Positions 1-15,005 of a stretch of DNA of 64,000 nt are shown in pieces; the stretch's first letter is position 1; every line of letters starts with the position of its first letter. This stretch comes from the human T2T-CHM13v2.0 reference genome, Homo sapiens. The notes beneath the pieces are model-generated. The model had not been told where the DNA came from, did no database searches, and saw only the letters and a list, made by a program, of their open reading frames with translations. The stretch lies in NCBI RefSeq assembly GCF_009914755.1, contig NC_060929.1. One strand, written 5' to 3'. The translations under genes were made by a program, and so were the position numbers.

Positions 1-131
1 GCTTAGTCTTGCTTTGGCTATGTGGGCTGTTTTTTGGTTCCATATGAATTTTAGGATTGTTTTTTCTAGTTCTGTGAAGAATGGTAGTGGTATTTTGATG
101 GAAATTGCATTGAATTTGTAGATTGCTTTTG
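1..131 (-). mobile_element. L1 ORF2-region fragment
   Basis: ttttggttccatatgaattttaggattg...gcattgaatttgtagattgc resembles the L1 at 31980-32100. Confidence 0.8.
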
Positions 132-214
132 TAATCCTGCCAGTTTCTTAAAGACCATCCTTCTCCCCCAGTGCCTCCTCTTGTAATGTCTACCACATAT
201 TTGAATGGTTTCAA

Positions 215-340
215 GGCTGGGCACGGTGGCTCACACCTGTAATCCCAGCACTTTGGGAGGCTGAGGTGGGAGGATCCCTTGAGTCCAGGAGCTCGAGACC
301 AACATAGCAAGACCCCATTTCTATGAAAGAGAAAAAAAAG
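215..340 (+). mobile_element. Alu monomer (FLAM/AluJ-like)
   Basis: ggctgggcacggtggctcacacctgtaatcccagc...A-rich tail. Confidence 0.8.
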
Positions 341-2029
341 TTTTTTAGTTATTTCATAATATTAAACAATAAAACTATCCACACAATTCTACCTTTAGAG
401 TGGAGAGAAAGCAAGCAGAGCTTGAAAGGGGCTCACCCAGCCACCTCTCCTCTCAAGAAAACTGCCTTTGGTTTCTATACTTCTGCTTGCCGGAGGAGCC
501 GGTCTAAATCTGGCAACTAAGCTGTTCTGGGTTTGATTGCTACTGTTGAATCTTCACTGAAGCTGGTCATTGCCCCTTTCTTCTTTATCCCTTCCTTGGA
601 GTGAAATAATATAATCAAGTTCAAAAAATTTAATTGAAATATTCCATGTGAGAGTCTGTTGCCCTTTGTCAGTTCAGGGGCTAATGGGAAAACTCTGGCT
701 TAGAGTAGAGTGAGCTCTTCAAGCAGCCTATGCAGCTCTGCCCCCCGTCTGGGGCAAGGAGTGTTTCTTGACTTCTCCAGGCAGTTGTGTGGGCTTTATC
801 CCGATGCTGCCCCTTCCAATGGCTGTGGGCAAGAAAGTCAAGCTGAGTGCAGTGGCATGTCCCTGTAATCCCAGCTACTCAGGAGGCTGAGGCAGGTGGA
901 TCGCTTGAGCCCAGGAATTCCAGACCAGCTAAGTACCTGGTGGTGCACCCCAATCCTTCATTCTTGGGGGTTCTGAGGCCTTGATACTCCTGCTTGTGTA
1001 TAATTGAGATAATCTACATTTGTGTCTGGCCATGATAGTATAAGGGGGTCCCCAGTGGGTTCCTCAGATTCCACCCATGCTCCTTGTAGCTCCTATTTTG
1101 CGGTTCTGAGAATCACTCTAGCAAACACCATGACCCCTTTATCTTTATCTCCTATGAAGGAAACTGGAACGACCAGGTAGTTATCTCAGCTTCCATTTCA
1201 GGGGAACTACCATAGTATCCTTTGGTGGAAGTATTCTTCCCTTGGATGCCAAATTATTGATAGCAGTGGTATCCGTATCAGTAGGGCTCAGAGTTGCAGG
1301 GGTAGGGTAGCAATTTTTTTTTAATTGACAAGAAAATCCTTTTCAAAATGTATTCAACTTCAATCATTCGTTTTCAACTTTTTCTGCTAAATCTGGAACT
1401 GTTAGTAAGGATTGTCTCAAAGAACTGTCTTTTCAAAAAGACTTTAAAGATTATTCAGTAAATGGAATCTTTTTTGTTAAATCTCTGATTTAACCTCTCC
1501 TCTTCCATGTCCATCTCCTCTTCCTCTTTCCAAAAGTGGTGACTCAGATCTTCCTAGGACAGGCTTTTCCATAGATAGACAGCTCCAGTAGCTAAGAGAG
1601 AACTGAAATATTTCTGTAACTTAATTTTCTGGTTCTAACTTATCTTTATTTGGAGGACTCTGAATAAGTCATTACATTGGTTCTGTTAGTATCTAAGGCC
1701 AGCCATCTAATCTCAACTGAGTCTTTTTATCTCCAAGCTAAGCAACAATTCTTTTACTTATTTAAAAAAAATGTTTTAGATTCTATCATTTTTCATCTTT
1801 TACTGCATATTCTTTAGTTTAAGATGTGGTATCTAGAATTAAAAACACTATTTCACATTTGATCTATGAGTGCTAAGATTCAGGAGTAGACACTGATTAA
1901 ATAATGTAGTCAGGCTGTTAGCACTCCCAACAAACCTGCATTAGTTAATTAACTGCCATTTTTCCCCACGTTGTTTCAAATTAGGATCATTAAGATGGAA
2001 AGCATCCCTTCAGTGATTATGAGAGACGT

Positions 2030-2523
2030 AAGAGAGAAATAAAGGTTTTATTACTTACAGGTCCTGCGGTACACAGCATACCTGGAGCCCACATGCAGGG
2101 ATGTCAGGGAGTGCATGGAGAGAGAGAGGAAGGGACCCGTGGGTCAACACCTTTATTGGGTCCAGGGTGTTAGCCAAACAGGTTTCCCAGGGGGAGTTTG
2201 AATTGGTGAGTTTAAGGCATGGGTTCTAGGAGGTCACATGGTGACTAAGAGGTGACCGCTGTGGCACATATGCACAATCCATGTGGGGTGTGAGTGTCAG
2301 TGGGGCCAGTTAAGCAGGGTGTATCTAGTTGTTCCATAGGGAAGTCACCAGGAAGCAGTTACATAATGTAGATACCTGGATCGACCAGGCTGAGGAACTG
2401 GGGGGCGGTGTAGAACTAGTAGTGTGTCAAGGGTGACTGAATCTTGCTTCTGGTATGAGAAAGTCCAGCTTATATTCAAAATGGATGCTGAGGTAACATA
2501 AGATTTTAAGAATTCACTAAACA
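2030..2523 (-). mobile_element. ERVL solo LTR (LTR47-like)
   Basis: Minus strand begins tgtttagtgaattcttaaaatcttatgttacctcagcatccattttgaatataag...cagtcacccttgacaca, resembling the LTR47 5' end as I recall it. Confidence 0.55.
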
Positions 2524-2719
2524 TATAAATTGCTGATCATCCTAATCTTATACAACTGATTTCAAAACCTAAATGTGGGTATTTATGATGCTTAAGCTTT
2601 AGGTTTTTTGTTTTGATCCATTGTTCCAGCTAATCAACACTCTTTTGGATTGTTTTTGCGATTTGTCGTGTTAGCTATTCTTCCCAGTTTTTCCTTTCCT
2701 GGCCTTCTCTTTAAGAATG

Positions 2720-3614
<895 letters not shown>

Positions 3615-3816
3615 TCAAAGAAGGTACACAAAGAGACAGGATGTCCTTGGGGAGGCCAGTGGGCAGCGCCAATAAATCTGGTGGGTTTGTGATGGTCTAC
3701 CATCTGGCCCTTTTGGAGAATTAGAAATGGGATCTGAGGAATATTGGCATAAGGCTATATAAGCTCAAATATTATCATCCCCAATTGCACTATGTCTTCT
3801 TGTTTTAAAATGTAGG

Positions 3817-4171
3817 TGACACGGTTTGGCTCTGTGTCCCCACCCAAATCTCATCTTGTAGCTCTCATAATTCCCACGTGTTGTGGGAGGGGACCCAATG
3901 AGAGGTTATTGAATTATGGGGGTGAGTCTTTCCTAGTGCTGTTCTCGTGATAGTGAATGGGTCTCAGGAGATCTGATGGTTTTAAAATGGTTTTAAAAAT
4001 GGGAGTTTCTCTGCACAAGCTCTTTGCCTGCTGCCATCCATGTCTTGCCTTCCAACATGATTGTAAGGCCTCCCCAGCCACGTGGAGCTGTGAATCCTAT
4101 TAAACCTCTTTCTTTTGTAAATTGCCCAGTGTCAGGTATGTCTATCAGCAGTGTGAAAACGGACCAACACA
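3817..4171 (+). mobile_element. THE1-family MaLR solo LTR
   Basis: TG...CA ends, ggtttggctctgtgtccccacccaaatctcatc start, and a 5-bp TSD gtagg at 3812-3816 and 4172-4176. Confidence 0.88.
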
Positions 4172-5060
<889 letters not shown>

Positions 5061-5644
5061 CCAGCCTAACAGGCTTATTCTCTCCTTTAAGCAAACAATA
5101 TGGGAATCAAATTATTAAAAGGCTACACAGTGGGTGATTAATCAGAATAAGGGTAGTTTTATTTGAAAATTTATAAGGTTCAACTTACTAGATGCCTGAT
5201 AGGTGTGTTTCCAGCCAAGAATATGCCAGGCAGTTGTTTACCCCTTCCCTGGGCACTGCTTGGATGGGCACTGTCAACACCTTTCTCAGTAACTGGAGTT
5301 GCCCTTTGTCCTCGACAAAAGGACTCTGTACTCATTGGAAATCCTGGTCCCAAGTAACTAAGAATCGTACCTGTGAAACGAATAAATAAAATGTCATTAT
5401 ACCTGTAAGTTAAATCTACTCTTAAATGAAGTTAAAATATAACAAAAATGTATTTAAAAATATGTGCATATATACACGCCTAACTGCTGTTGCAAACATC
5501 TATAGGACCCACCATTGGGATCACAATGGTATATTTTACTTAATGGGGTGAAAAGTCTCACTAGATGGCTTTACTACCAGACTCAAACACCATAAGTGTT
5601 CTTAGGATTGCTAGTAGGTTTAAAACTCTTCCAAATATGGCCAA

Positions 5645-6614
<970 letters not shown>

Positions 6615-6759
6615 TGAGAATAGCAACAAAAGTTATTCTTTCTTAGTTTTCTATTTATTCAAAGTAGCATGTGGCACAATTGCTCTTGAAATTATGTTGA
6701 AATATCATTAGTATTTGAAAGATAAATAAAAATCAGTAACCAAAATGATATTTAAAATC

Positions 6760-6765
6760 TTTATT
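6760..6765 (-). terminator. Main polyadenylation signal AATAAA of ANKRD34B
   Basis: Plus-strand tttatt. On the minus strand it is followed by a U-rich downstream element (ttttggttactgatttttatttatcttt). Other AATAAA hexamers occur at 6654-6659 and 8066-8071. Confidence 0.75.
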
Positions 6766-8465
6766 GATACCATTTTGTTTATGAACTAATCTATTTACAT
6801 ACCCTTCCAAATTGTATCCTTACAACTTGAAGTCAAGTACTTTTCTCGATATTTAACTTGCAGAAAGCATTTAAATACCTATAAATATCAGGTACAATTC
6901 TAAGTTCTGAATCAAAAAATATTTCTAGTGTAATTAATATTAATGTTGTTCAAGACATGAAATGGAAAAACCTCTAATTACTTTTTAAAATAAAAGCCAC
7001 AGTAATTAAATAATTACTATGTACATTACAACTTGCTTATATCAAATTACCAAGAAAAGCATCATGCCAATTGTTAGGATCACCTCTACTTGGAAGGCAA
7101 AGAAAGTTGTACGTGACAATCATCAAATTAATACACTTAGGTTTTGTATAGTCTGATTTATCCTTTGTTGTTAAGCTGCTAGACTGAAATAAGGATTCTT
7201 TGTATAAACATCATACTTTGAAGTTATATAGATGATATAATTATTACTTTATAATATTTTATAATACTAATATGGTATTCATTAATTTTGTTGGAAGTTA
7301 TTCACAGGTCCTAAAATACTAAATGATTGGAATGTCACACTAAGGAAGTTATCCTTAATATATAAATGTCTAATAACTACATATCAGAAATAAAAAGGCA
7401 TTGTTTAATATTGCCAAATATTTAGTACATTTTGTGATTAAGTTTCTACTGCCTCTATTAATTTTAGCTAACCTAATCTAATCATCAGTTTTTCTTTTTA
7501 AAAGAAGGCAAGCGCTTAGTTTTTATCCATGATGAATTTTTTTTTTTTGGTTCTTTTTGAAAGACAAGAATAATTTGATATAAGTAAAGAGGAATGCTTT
7601 TTAACTTTTATATCATCTTGTCTTTGGAAACTTATGGATAAGCTTCCAAAACTAATAACAGGAATTAAAAGATGATATGGAGAAAGAATAATTCCTTAAA
7701 AGATATGGAGAAAGAATAATTCCGTAAGATAACTTTACAGGTAAGTCTGTTTAAAAACCAAAACAAAGCAAAGCAAAACACAGTGCACAAACAACAAGAC
7801 CCGGCATAGATTACTAGTAGGTTGTAAAACTCTGACTTGCCAGTTTGACACTAATTAAACTGACACCACGAATATTTTAGTTGCCCATTCTAATACAGTG
7901 TTTAACCTTTTAAATTTTTAATTAGAGTTTTATCTATCTTCAGTCAACATTTGTAAAGAATTAGTTCATTCTTTCTTTGTAGCTCGAGTTTTTTTATCTT
8001 AGAACATTTTACAGCTGTCGGTGTTTTCTTTTATGGTTTAGAGATCATAAAAAATTTCAATCTCATTTATTAACATGAAATGTTAAAAAAATTATTGACT
8101 TGAAAACTGTTTCCTAATAAAATATTTAGCCAATCTGAAAATTTTTAAAAATTACCCCAACATACGTGGCCTTCTTTCTTTGATTTTTTTTTAATGACAA
8201 ATTTGGACTACATGGAGATTGTTAAATATTAGAAGCATTGAGAAAAATCGCTTTCCTTTCGTTTGAGAGAATTCCCTTAACAGAAACTATGTATTATTTT
8301 TTATGCTCATGACGCCTAGTACAAATCACATTACATTTTAATCCATCTAGCCATTATGGACTAACCAATCACGAGATTTAAAAGAATGAACATTTAAGAT
8401 TTCTTCTCTAGTTCTTTGTTTCTCTGATATAAACATTTGAAGAAGATGTGTTTTATACCCATCTC

Positions 8466-10010
8466 CTAGAAGTTTACTAATTGCTTAATTTGTTCAGTTT
8501 GCAATGATTGTCTCCTTAACAACATTTTCTTACTTTTGAATTCTTTAGGGAAAATCGGAACTGTTGGCATAAGCACTTTTTGACCACAAGAAAGAAGGCT
8601 GCAAATCTTGTTGTTGACATTGATATCTGAGATGGGAGGGTGAGAATTTACATTTAAGGGTGGGAGAAACCCTTGTCTGGTTTGGGTAACACTGTGATCT
8701 AAAGGGAAAGCTCCTGAACCTCGCCTTTCTAAAACTGCATGATTTCTCCTGCTCAGGGGACCTGGGGGGATATTCTCCAACAATTCTTTGGACTCTGACA
8801 ATTGGGAAGGAGATGGTGAGAGGATCTTTTTCTTTCCTATAAGTGCTTTGCCGTCTTCTGAAGTTGGAGGGGTAAGGCCAGCTGAGAGCTGGGAATCAGA
8901 GCTGTAGTGATTTGCCCCCAAGTTTCTTTTTTGAACTATACTTCTTAAGGTGGAAGCAAATATTGTCTGGTTAGAATCTGGGTCCTGGTCAACAGGGACT
9001 TCAATGCATTGCTGATTTCCTTCTGAAAGATAAGATTGACAATTTATTTCATCATATGACATCTTCCTTGAGCTGGCCTGATCAAAGGCTCTTAGCAAAT
9101 GTGCAGTGTCTTTTACATCAATGCTTTGGTGCCTAGTGATGAACCGCTTGGAAAGTGCCAGCCCATTGGTTTTATAGGATAGTTCTTCCTCTGGTGTAAT
9201 ATCCTGGAGCTCCTCTTGCAATGAAGCCACTCTGTTCTGGTGCATTAATAATGGGGGACTCTTGACCCAGGGTGGAGCGTGGGGGAGCTTGGGCCCCTTA
9301 GGGGCCAATGCAGGTTTCCTCACAGGGGAACCTGGGTCCCAGGTATCATCATTGCTTCCAGCAAGCTCAAGATCTTTAAAGCCAAAAAGCGTCAGTTCCG
9401 TTTCAGAAGAATGTGAAAGTGGCGATGAGGCAGTTTTGATGTCTATTTCTGAAGGAGTGGTGCAGGTAGCTGGGGAATGACACCCATCTATATCCACAGG
9501 AGGCATATTTAAGTATTGTTTAGTAGTATGCTTCCCACAGGGCGACTTTGCTGTTGTGATGATGATGACCTCTTTCCCTTTTGCCTTGCAAGCACTAAGA
9601 AGAACTTTCAGGGTCTCTGTATCTTCTGAATTTATAGCATAAACAAGAGCTGAGTAACTAGAATGGTCTTGCAAGCTGAGGTCAGCCCCACTCTTGAGGA
9701 GCAAGGAAACAACTTCAGGGCCAGCTTTTTCTAAGCAAGCATGCATCAGAGCCGTTTTCCCAGATTTGTCCTGTATGTTGGGATCGGCATTGTTCTCTAA
9801 CAGGTATTTCACCATTTTGGCTTTACTGACACTCTGGTGATCGACATGTTTGGTCTTACAAGCGATCATTAAAGGGGTTTCCCCACGGTCGTTGCTCTCA
9901 TTAATGTAGGCACCGCCTTCTAGCAAAAGTCTTGTGAGGCGAAGCCGGCTCTGATGGACTGCTTTGATCAAGGAATTTCCTTCACTTGAAATTTCCATAC
10001 CTTCATCCAT
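8466..10010 (-). CDS. ANKRD34B: Ankyrin repeat domain-containing protein 34B, 514 aa, single coding exon
   Basis: Uninterrupted ORF MDEGMEISSEGNSLIKAVHQSRLRLTRLLLEGGAYINESNDRGETPLMIAC... with about 4 N-terminal ankyrin repeats (GETPLMIAC, GKTALMHAC, SALVYAI), the ANKRD34-family CKAKGKEVIIITT motif and a Ser/Pro-rich tail ending LLRRQSLQTEQIKQLVNF. Kozak context is gaagATGG. Confidence 0.97.
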   Translation of the reverse strand: MDEGMEISSEGNSLIKAVHQSRLRLTRLLLEGGAYINESNDRGETPLMIACKTKHVDHQSVSKAKMVKYLLENNADPNIQDKSGKTALMHACLEKAGPEVVSLLLKSGADLSLQDHSSYSALVYAINSEDTETLKVLLSACKAKGKEVIIITTAKSPCGKHTTKQYLNMPPVDIDGCHSPATCTTPSEIDIKTASSPLSHSSETELTLFGFKDLELAGSNDDTWDPGSPVRKPALAPKGPKLPHAPPWVKSPPLLMHQNRVASLQEELQDITPEEELSYKTNGLALSKRFITRHQSIDVKDTAHLLRAFDQASSRKMSYDEINCQSYLSEGNQQCIEVPVDQDPDSNQTIFASTLRSIVQKRNLGANHYSSDSQLSAGLTPPTSEDGKALIGKKKILSPSPSQLSESKELLENIPPGPLSRRNHAVLERRGSGAFPLDHSVTQTRQGFLPPLNVNSHPPISDINVNNKICSLLSCGQKVLMPTVPIFPKEFKSKKMLLRRQSLQTEQIKQLVNF

Positions 10011-10364
10011 CTTCGGAGGTTAGAACTCAATACCTGGTTATCAAAGACGGCAAAGACCAAAAGATTAGCCAGAATCAGCATCCCAACTTATATTCATTTT
10101 GTCAGAATTAATTTTGAAAATATGTAGGGGACATAAATGGGATCATGCTATTAATAAATGCAGAACAAAATAGTGAATTGCAAAATAAAGTAAATTTTTG
10201 AATAATAATGACCTTTAGGAAATTACAAATTAAAATTTATTTTCAAAATCTTCATTGAATATTTATAGCACCAAAATAGTACTTTCCTAAGTCCCACATT
10301 AATTAAAAAATAATTTACCTGTGAAAAATAATTTTTAAATTAATAATATTAAAAAGCAAATTTA

Positions 10365-10660
10365 GGACAAGTACAGTGGCTCACATCTGTAATCCCAGCA
10401 CTTTGGGAGGTTGAAGCAGGAGGATTACTTGAGGCCAGGAATTTGAGACCAGCCTGGGCAATGTGTAGTGAGACTCCATCTCTACCAAAAATAAGTTTTA
10501 AAATTAGCTGGGCATGGTGGTGTGACCTGTAGTTCCAGCTACTCAGGAGACTGAGGCAGGAGGATCACTTGAGCCCAGGAGTTTGAGGTTACAGTGAGAT
10601 ATGATCATCCTACCTGCACTCAGCCTGGGTGACAGAGTGAGAACCTGTCTCTAAAAAAAA
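10365..10660 (+). mobile_element. AluJ-like element in ANKRD34B intron
   Basis: Diverged Alu consensus (ggaggattacttgaggccagg). Confidence 0.88.
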
Positions 10661-12039
10661 TTAATTAAAATGTAAATTTTAAAAAGTAAACTTAAGCCAA
10701 AAAGCCAAAATTCTGTTGTCATTGCAACTGAATCAATTAAAATATTGGTAGCTTAATGTAAAAACTTTAGTATTACATTACTTAAACATGCTCTTCAATT
10801 AAGTAATGCAAGTGATATCTAGACTTTCAATTTGAGGGACATTTTTATGTTTCTTTTGAAGGACGAAATATTGTTTGGGCTACAACGTGTTAAAATAACT
10901 GACATAATATCTGAAATTCACACTGAGATTGGAATGGTGAGCATGTGATTACGCATTTCTCTTGATTCTATTATTTAAATCATATACTGACCACATAACG
11001 AGGTTAGCAAGAACTATAGGGTTAAATTTTGACAACAGTATATCTGCTCTGAAAAAGGAGTTTCATAGGCAAGAAACCTGAAAGGAGCCATCCAGACTTT
11101 GTAAACATTTTAATTTTTGTTATTGAAACTAAAAAATATTTATGTTTAATTTATTTAAATATTTTAGATTTAGATTCCTTCAACAGATAATTCCATTAGG
11201 TGGTAAGAATTATGTCTTCATCGAGGACTAAGAAAATTTTTGTCTTTTAACAGTCCTTAGAGTTGGGAGGGGGAGAATCAGATGAATGTATATATAATAT
11301 TTACATCTGTTTCATTGATTCAGTAGTTTTTGGAAATTGAAAACTATTGTTTATTCTACCTATTTACTTTTAAAATTAAGATTATGGGAAATAGATTTCT
11401 ATTTGATAATAGAATAGATAACAAATCTAATAACCAAAAGAAAGAAGAGATGAAGAGAGCAGAAAGAAAGGGAAGAAAAAAGAGAAAAGTAAGCATGCAG
11501 GCAGAAATGTCATTGTTAAACATCTACAAGCTCCTGACATGTGCTGGGCACTGAGCTACAAAGATACAAGCCCTATCTCTGAGGAGCTCACAGTCTTTTG
11601 GGAGAGATACTGTATAAGCAGCTGGTTACAGAGTCAGGAGAGCACAGAAGCTTTAACATCCTGGGGACCAAAAGGGGCTTCACAGAAGCCAACTATTTGA
11701 GTTGGGTCTTGAAGACTTTGTAAGAATCTGGCAGGCAGACAAAGGAGGAGGGAGAAATAGATAATACTCCTTTTGCAAAGACCTAGAGGCCTAAAATAGC
11801 GGTTATTTATAAGGAAACAGACTTTATTTACTTGGTTACAACCAAACTTCAGGAAAATATTTTAGCAGATAGTTAGGGTTAATATGGCAGAACACACACA
11901 TCTAATTTTGCTTCTTCCTGAAAATCCTTAAAACCAAAGAATTTTGTCAAAGACAAAATTAAAGACAGAGGGAAGAGGAGAAGATGGCAGCAACAATATT
12001 TTGGAAGCCAGAAAGCAGATGAGCCAGTAGTAACTGACT

Positions 12040-12043
<4 letters not shown>

Positions 12044-12102
<59 letters not shown>
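12044..12102. repeat. (TG)~29 microsatellite
   Basis: Perfect dinucleotide run. Confidence 0.98.
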
Positions 12103-12104
<2 letters not shown>

Positions 12105-13732
12105 GAATACAGCTAAAATAAGGAGGAGTAGGTGAAAAGCTGTCAGATAAGCAGTTAGATTCCTAGGTCCTTGCTACTTGAGGTGTGATCCTACCCTGGC
12201 ATCACCACCACCAGAAAACTCTTTTATATGCAGAATGTCAGCTCCACCCCAGAGCTACTGAATCACAGCCTATATTTTAACAAGATCCCCAGGTGATTTG
12301 TATGCACATTAAGGTTTGAGAAGTGCTACCTTAGGTCACTCCTCCAACTCCACTAGGCAGTCACTAGGAGATAGAAGACTACCCCTCCCGCTCTCTGGGA
12401 TGTCTAGAGGTTTATTCTCAGGAAATGATGAAACAGAGCATCTCTGGACTCGGAGACACCAGGCATGTTTGAGAACAAGAAAACAGGGGAATAAGTGATT
12501 GCTTACTGACCACGGCTGAAGGGTCCCACAGCCTGCTTCCCCAGCTTGGCTTCGAGGAGGCCGGCAGCCACGCCCTCAGCCCTCAGGGATAAATTGCTAT
12601 AGTGTTCTCTCAAGAATCTGACATGCCACCCAGGTCGTACTTACATTTGGTGCCACCGCGCCCAGCCTGTTCACTCACTTTTTAACATTTAGTAGAGAAC
12701 TTTTGAAATTGTCTAAACATTAAACTTGTCAGGGAAAAAAGGTGTCAGATACTTTATTCTCCAAATGTACCCACATGTTTAGGTTCTTTCTGTAATCAGT
12801 ACCCGAAATGAGGCTGAAAACGCAAGCCTCATTTGTGTGTTTAAGGCTTCTCATCAGCTTTTAATCCCAACCCTTTAACCATGAGCAGCCACACCAAAAA
12901 TTTAAAAACAAACAAAAATGCCTCTTACATTAAAGATAGAGACTAGAACAAATTGAAAAAGCAACTTGGAGGAAACATATTAATCGGAAAAATGAAAAGA
13001 TGAAAAATTGAAAAAGATGAAAAATGAAAAGCTTTTGTCATACACTGGCAATATTGTCCTTTCTTTATTCATCTAATTTTGTACCTGCTACTAAGTTTTT
13101 AAAAAATAAATAATTATTTTACTTAGGGATCAAATATAAGGGGGAACCTGAAAAATTTTTTTAAAAGCAAAGGGAATGATTAATACAAACATCAAGAGAC
13201 AGCTACTCCTTGGTAGAGATTAGGAGAACAATGCCGTTTGGGAGGGACAGAGAGAGGCCCGAAGGTTCAGGTGATGTTCTATTTCCCAGTCTGGGTGGTG
13301 CATAGGTGGGTGTCCATTCTATTCTTCTTCTTTAAACAGTACGCATTTCATGTACTCTTCTATATATCACTTTTATTTACTTATTGTAAAATAGAATGTG
13401 TGTGCAGAAAAGAGCATAGCATATATGTGAGATATACTTCATTATTAAAATTTACAAAGAGTCCTATTAGGTCTTCCTTTTAAAAGAGTCATTCAGTTCT
13501 CATGACATTATCTATGACATTTGTGCCTTGACTTTCACTGGAGTTTCAACAACTAAGCTCCTGAAAGGCAGTATTCAAAAGGACATAGTGTTCATCTCCA
13601 CTGCAGTATCATTCATGATGCAAAGCAAAGAACTACTCAATATATACATACATAAATGCAATGAGAGTGAATGCTTTGATTTTATGTCCCCTGTGACATA
13701 CTCTATAAAGGCTATCTTGGAGCCAGACATAC

Positions 13733-13813
13733 CTGCAAGTCAGGAACTTAGGAATTTGGGATCAGTTGACAGCTTGGGTCCCAACTCAGAGGTCTATTCT
13801 GAATGCAAAGCAT
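13733..13813 (-). other. ANKRD34B: Predicted ANKRD34B non-coding 5'UTR exon 4 (81 nt)
   Basis: Acceptor gagctcttttcag|ATGCTT and donor TTGCAG|gtatgt, in unique sequence. Confidence 0.75.
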
Positions 13814-14142
13814 CTGAAAAGAGCTCACATGAGACAGTGATCACAAAAGGATCATTTTAAAAGCATTTTTCATATATAAATGGGCTTAATAGATCATAGA
13901 AATGTAGAGAAATGAGCTGGAATGTAATATCAAATATAGAAACTACTTAGTAATTGCAATTCAATTGCTATACAGTATCAGTCATTTAAAAAAATTGTTT
14001 GACCAAAAGTAGCATTTGAGAAACAGATATTCAAATGAGAACAAGTTGCCAGATACCAGATTTCAATATTATACTCTCTTAGAGTTTCTAGTGTTTAGGT
14101 CAATCTTGTTTTTAGTTTTTAAAGTCTTAGCAGAATCTTTAG

Positions 14143-14364
<222 letters not shown>

Positions 14365-14699
14365 TAAACCTGAGCACTTACTGTCACAGCTTTTCTTTCA
14401 CCAAGGTTGGTGTCAGGAGGTTCTGGGAGAAGAAGAGGAGCCGGTACTATGCTGGCGACGGCCGTGCCTAAGGAGGACAGTGGCCCCATCACAGTCTTGT
14501 GGAAAAAGAGGGTGCTGTGGGCTCCAGGGTCTCAGAGAAGTTGAGCAGTGGAACCAACTCGCTGCCTAATCCACCTGCAATGTGGACATAGGCAGACCCT
14601 CTCCTCTGAGGACTGGGGGAGTGTCCAGCAAAACCAGCCCCATGAGGTTGACTTTTTCCTCATTATAAAGACTTTTAAAGCCACTTTGTTTGCTCACTT

Positions 14700-15005
<306 letters not shown>

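Larger units (their letters stand above)
6740..10033 (-). other. ANKRD34B: ANKRD34B terminal exon (23-nt 5'UTR, CDS, ~1.7-kb AU-rich 3'UTR)
   Basis: Minus-strand acceptor ctaatcttttggtctttgccgtctttgataaccag|GTATTGAG with the exon starting at 10033. The 3' end is inferred about 20 nt past the AATAAA at 6765-6760. Confidence 0.85.

Noticed and set aside
9262-9480. 72-aa antisense ORF within the ANKRD34B CDS
   Set aside because: Short, non-ATG start, and expected as a shadow of the coding strand.
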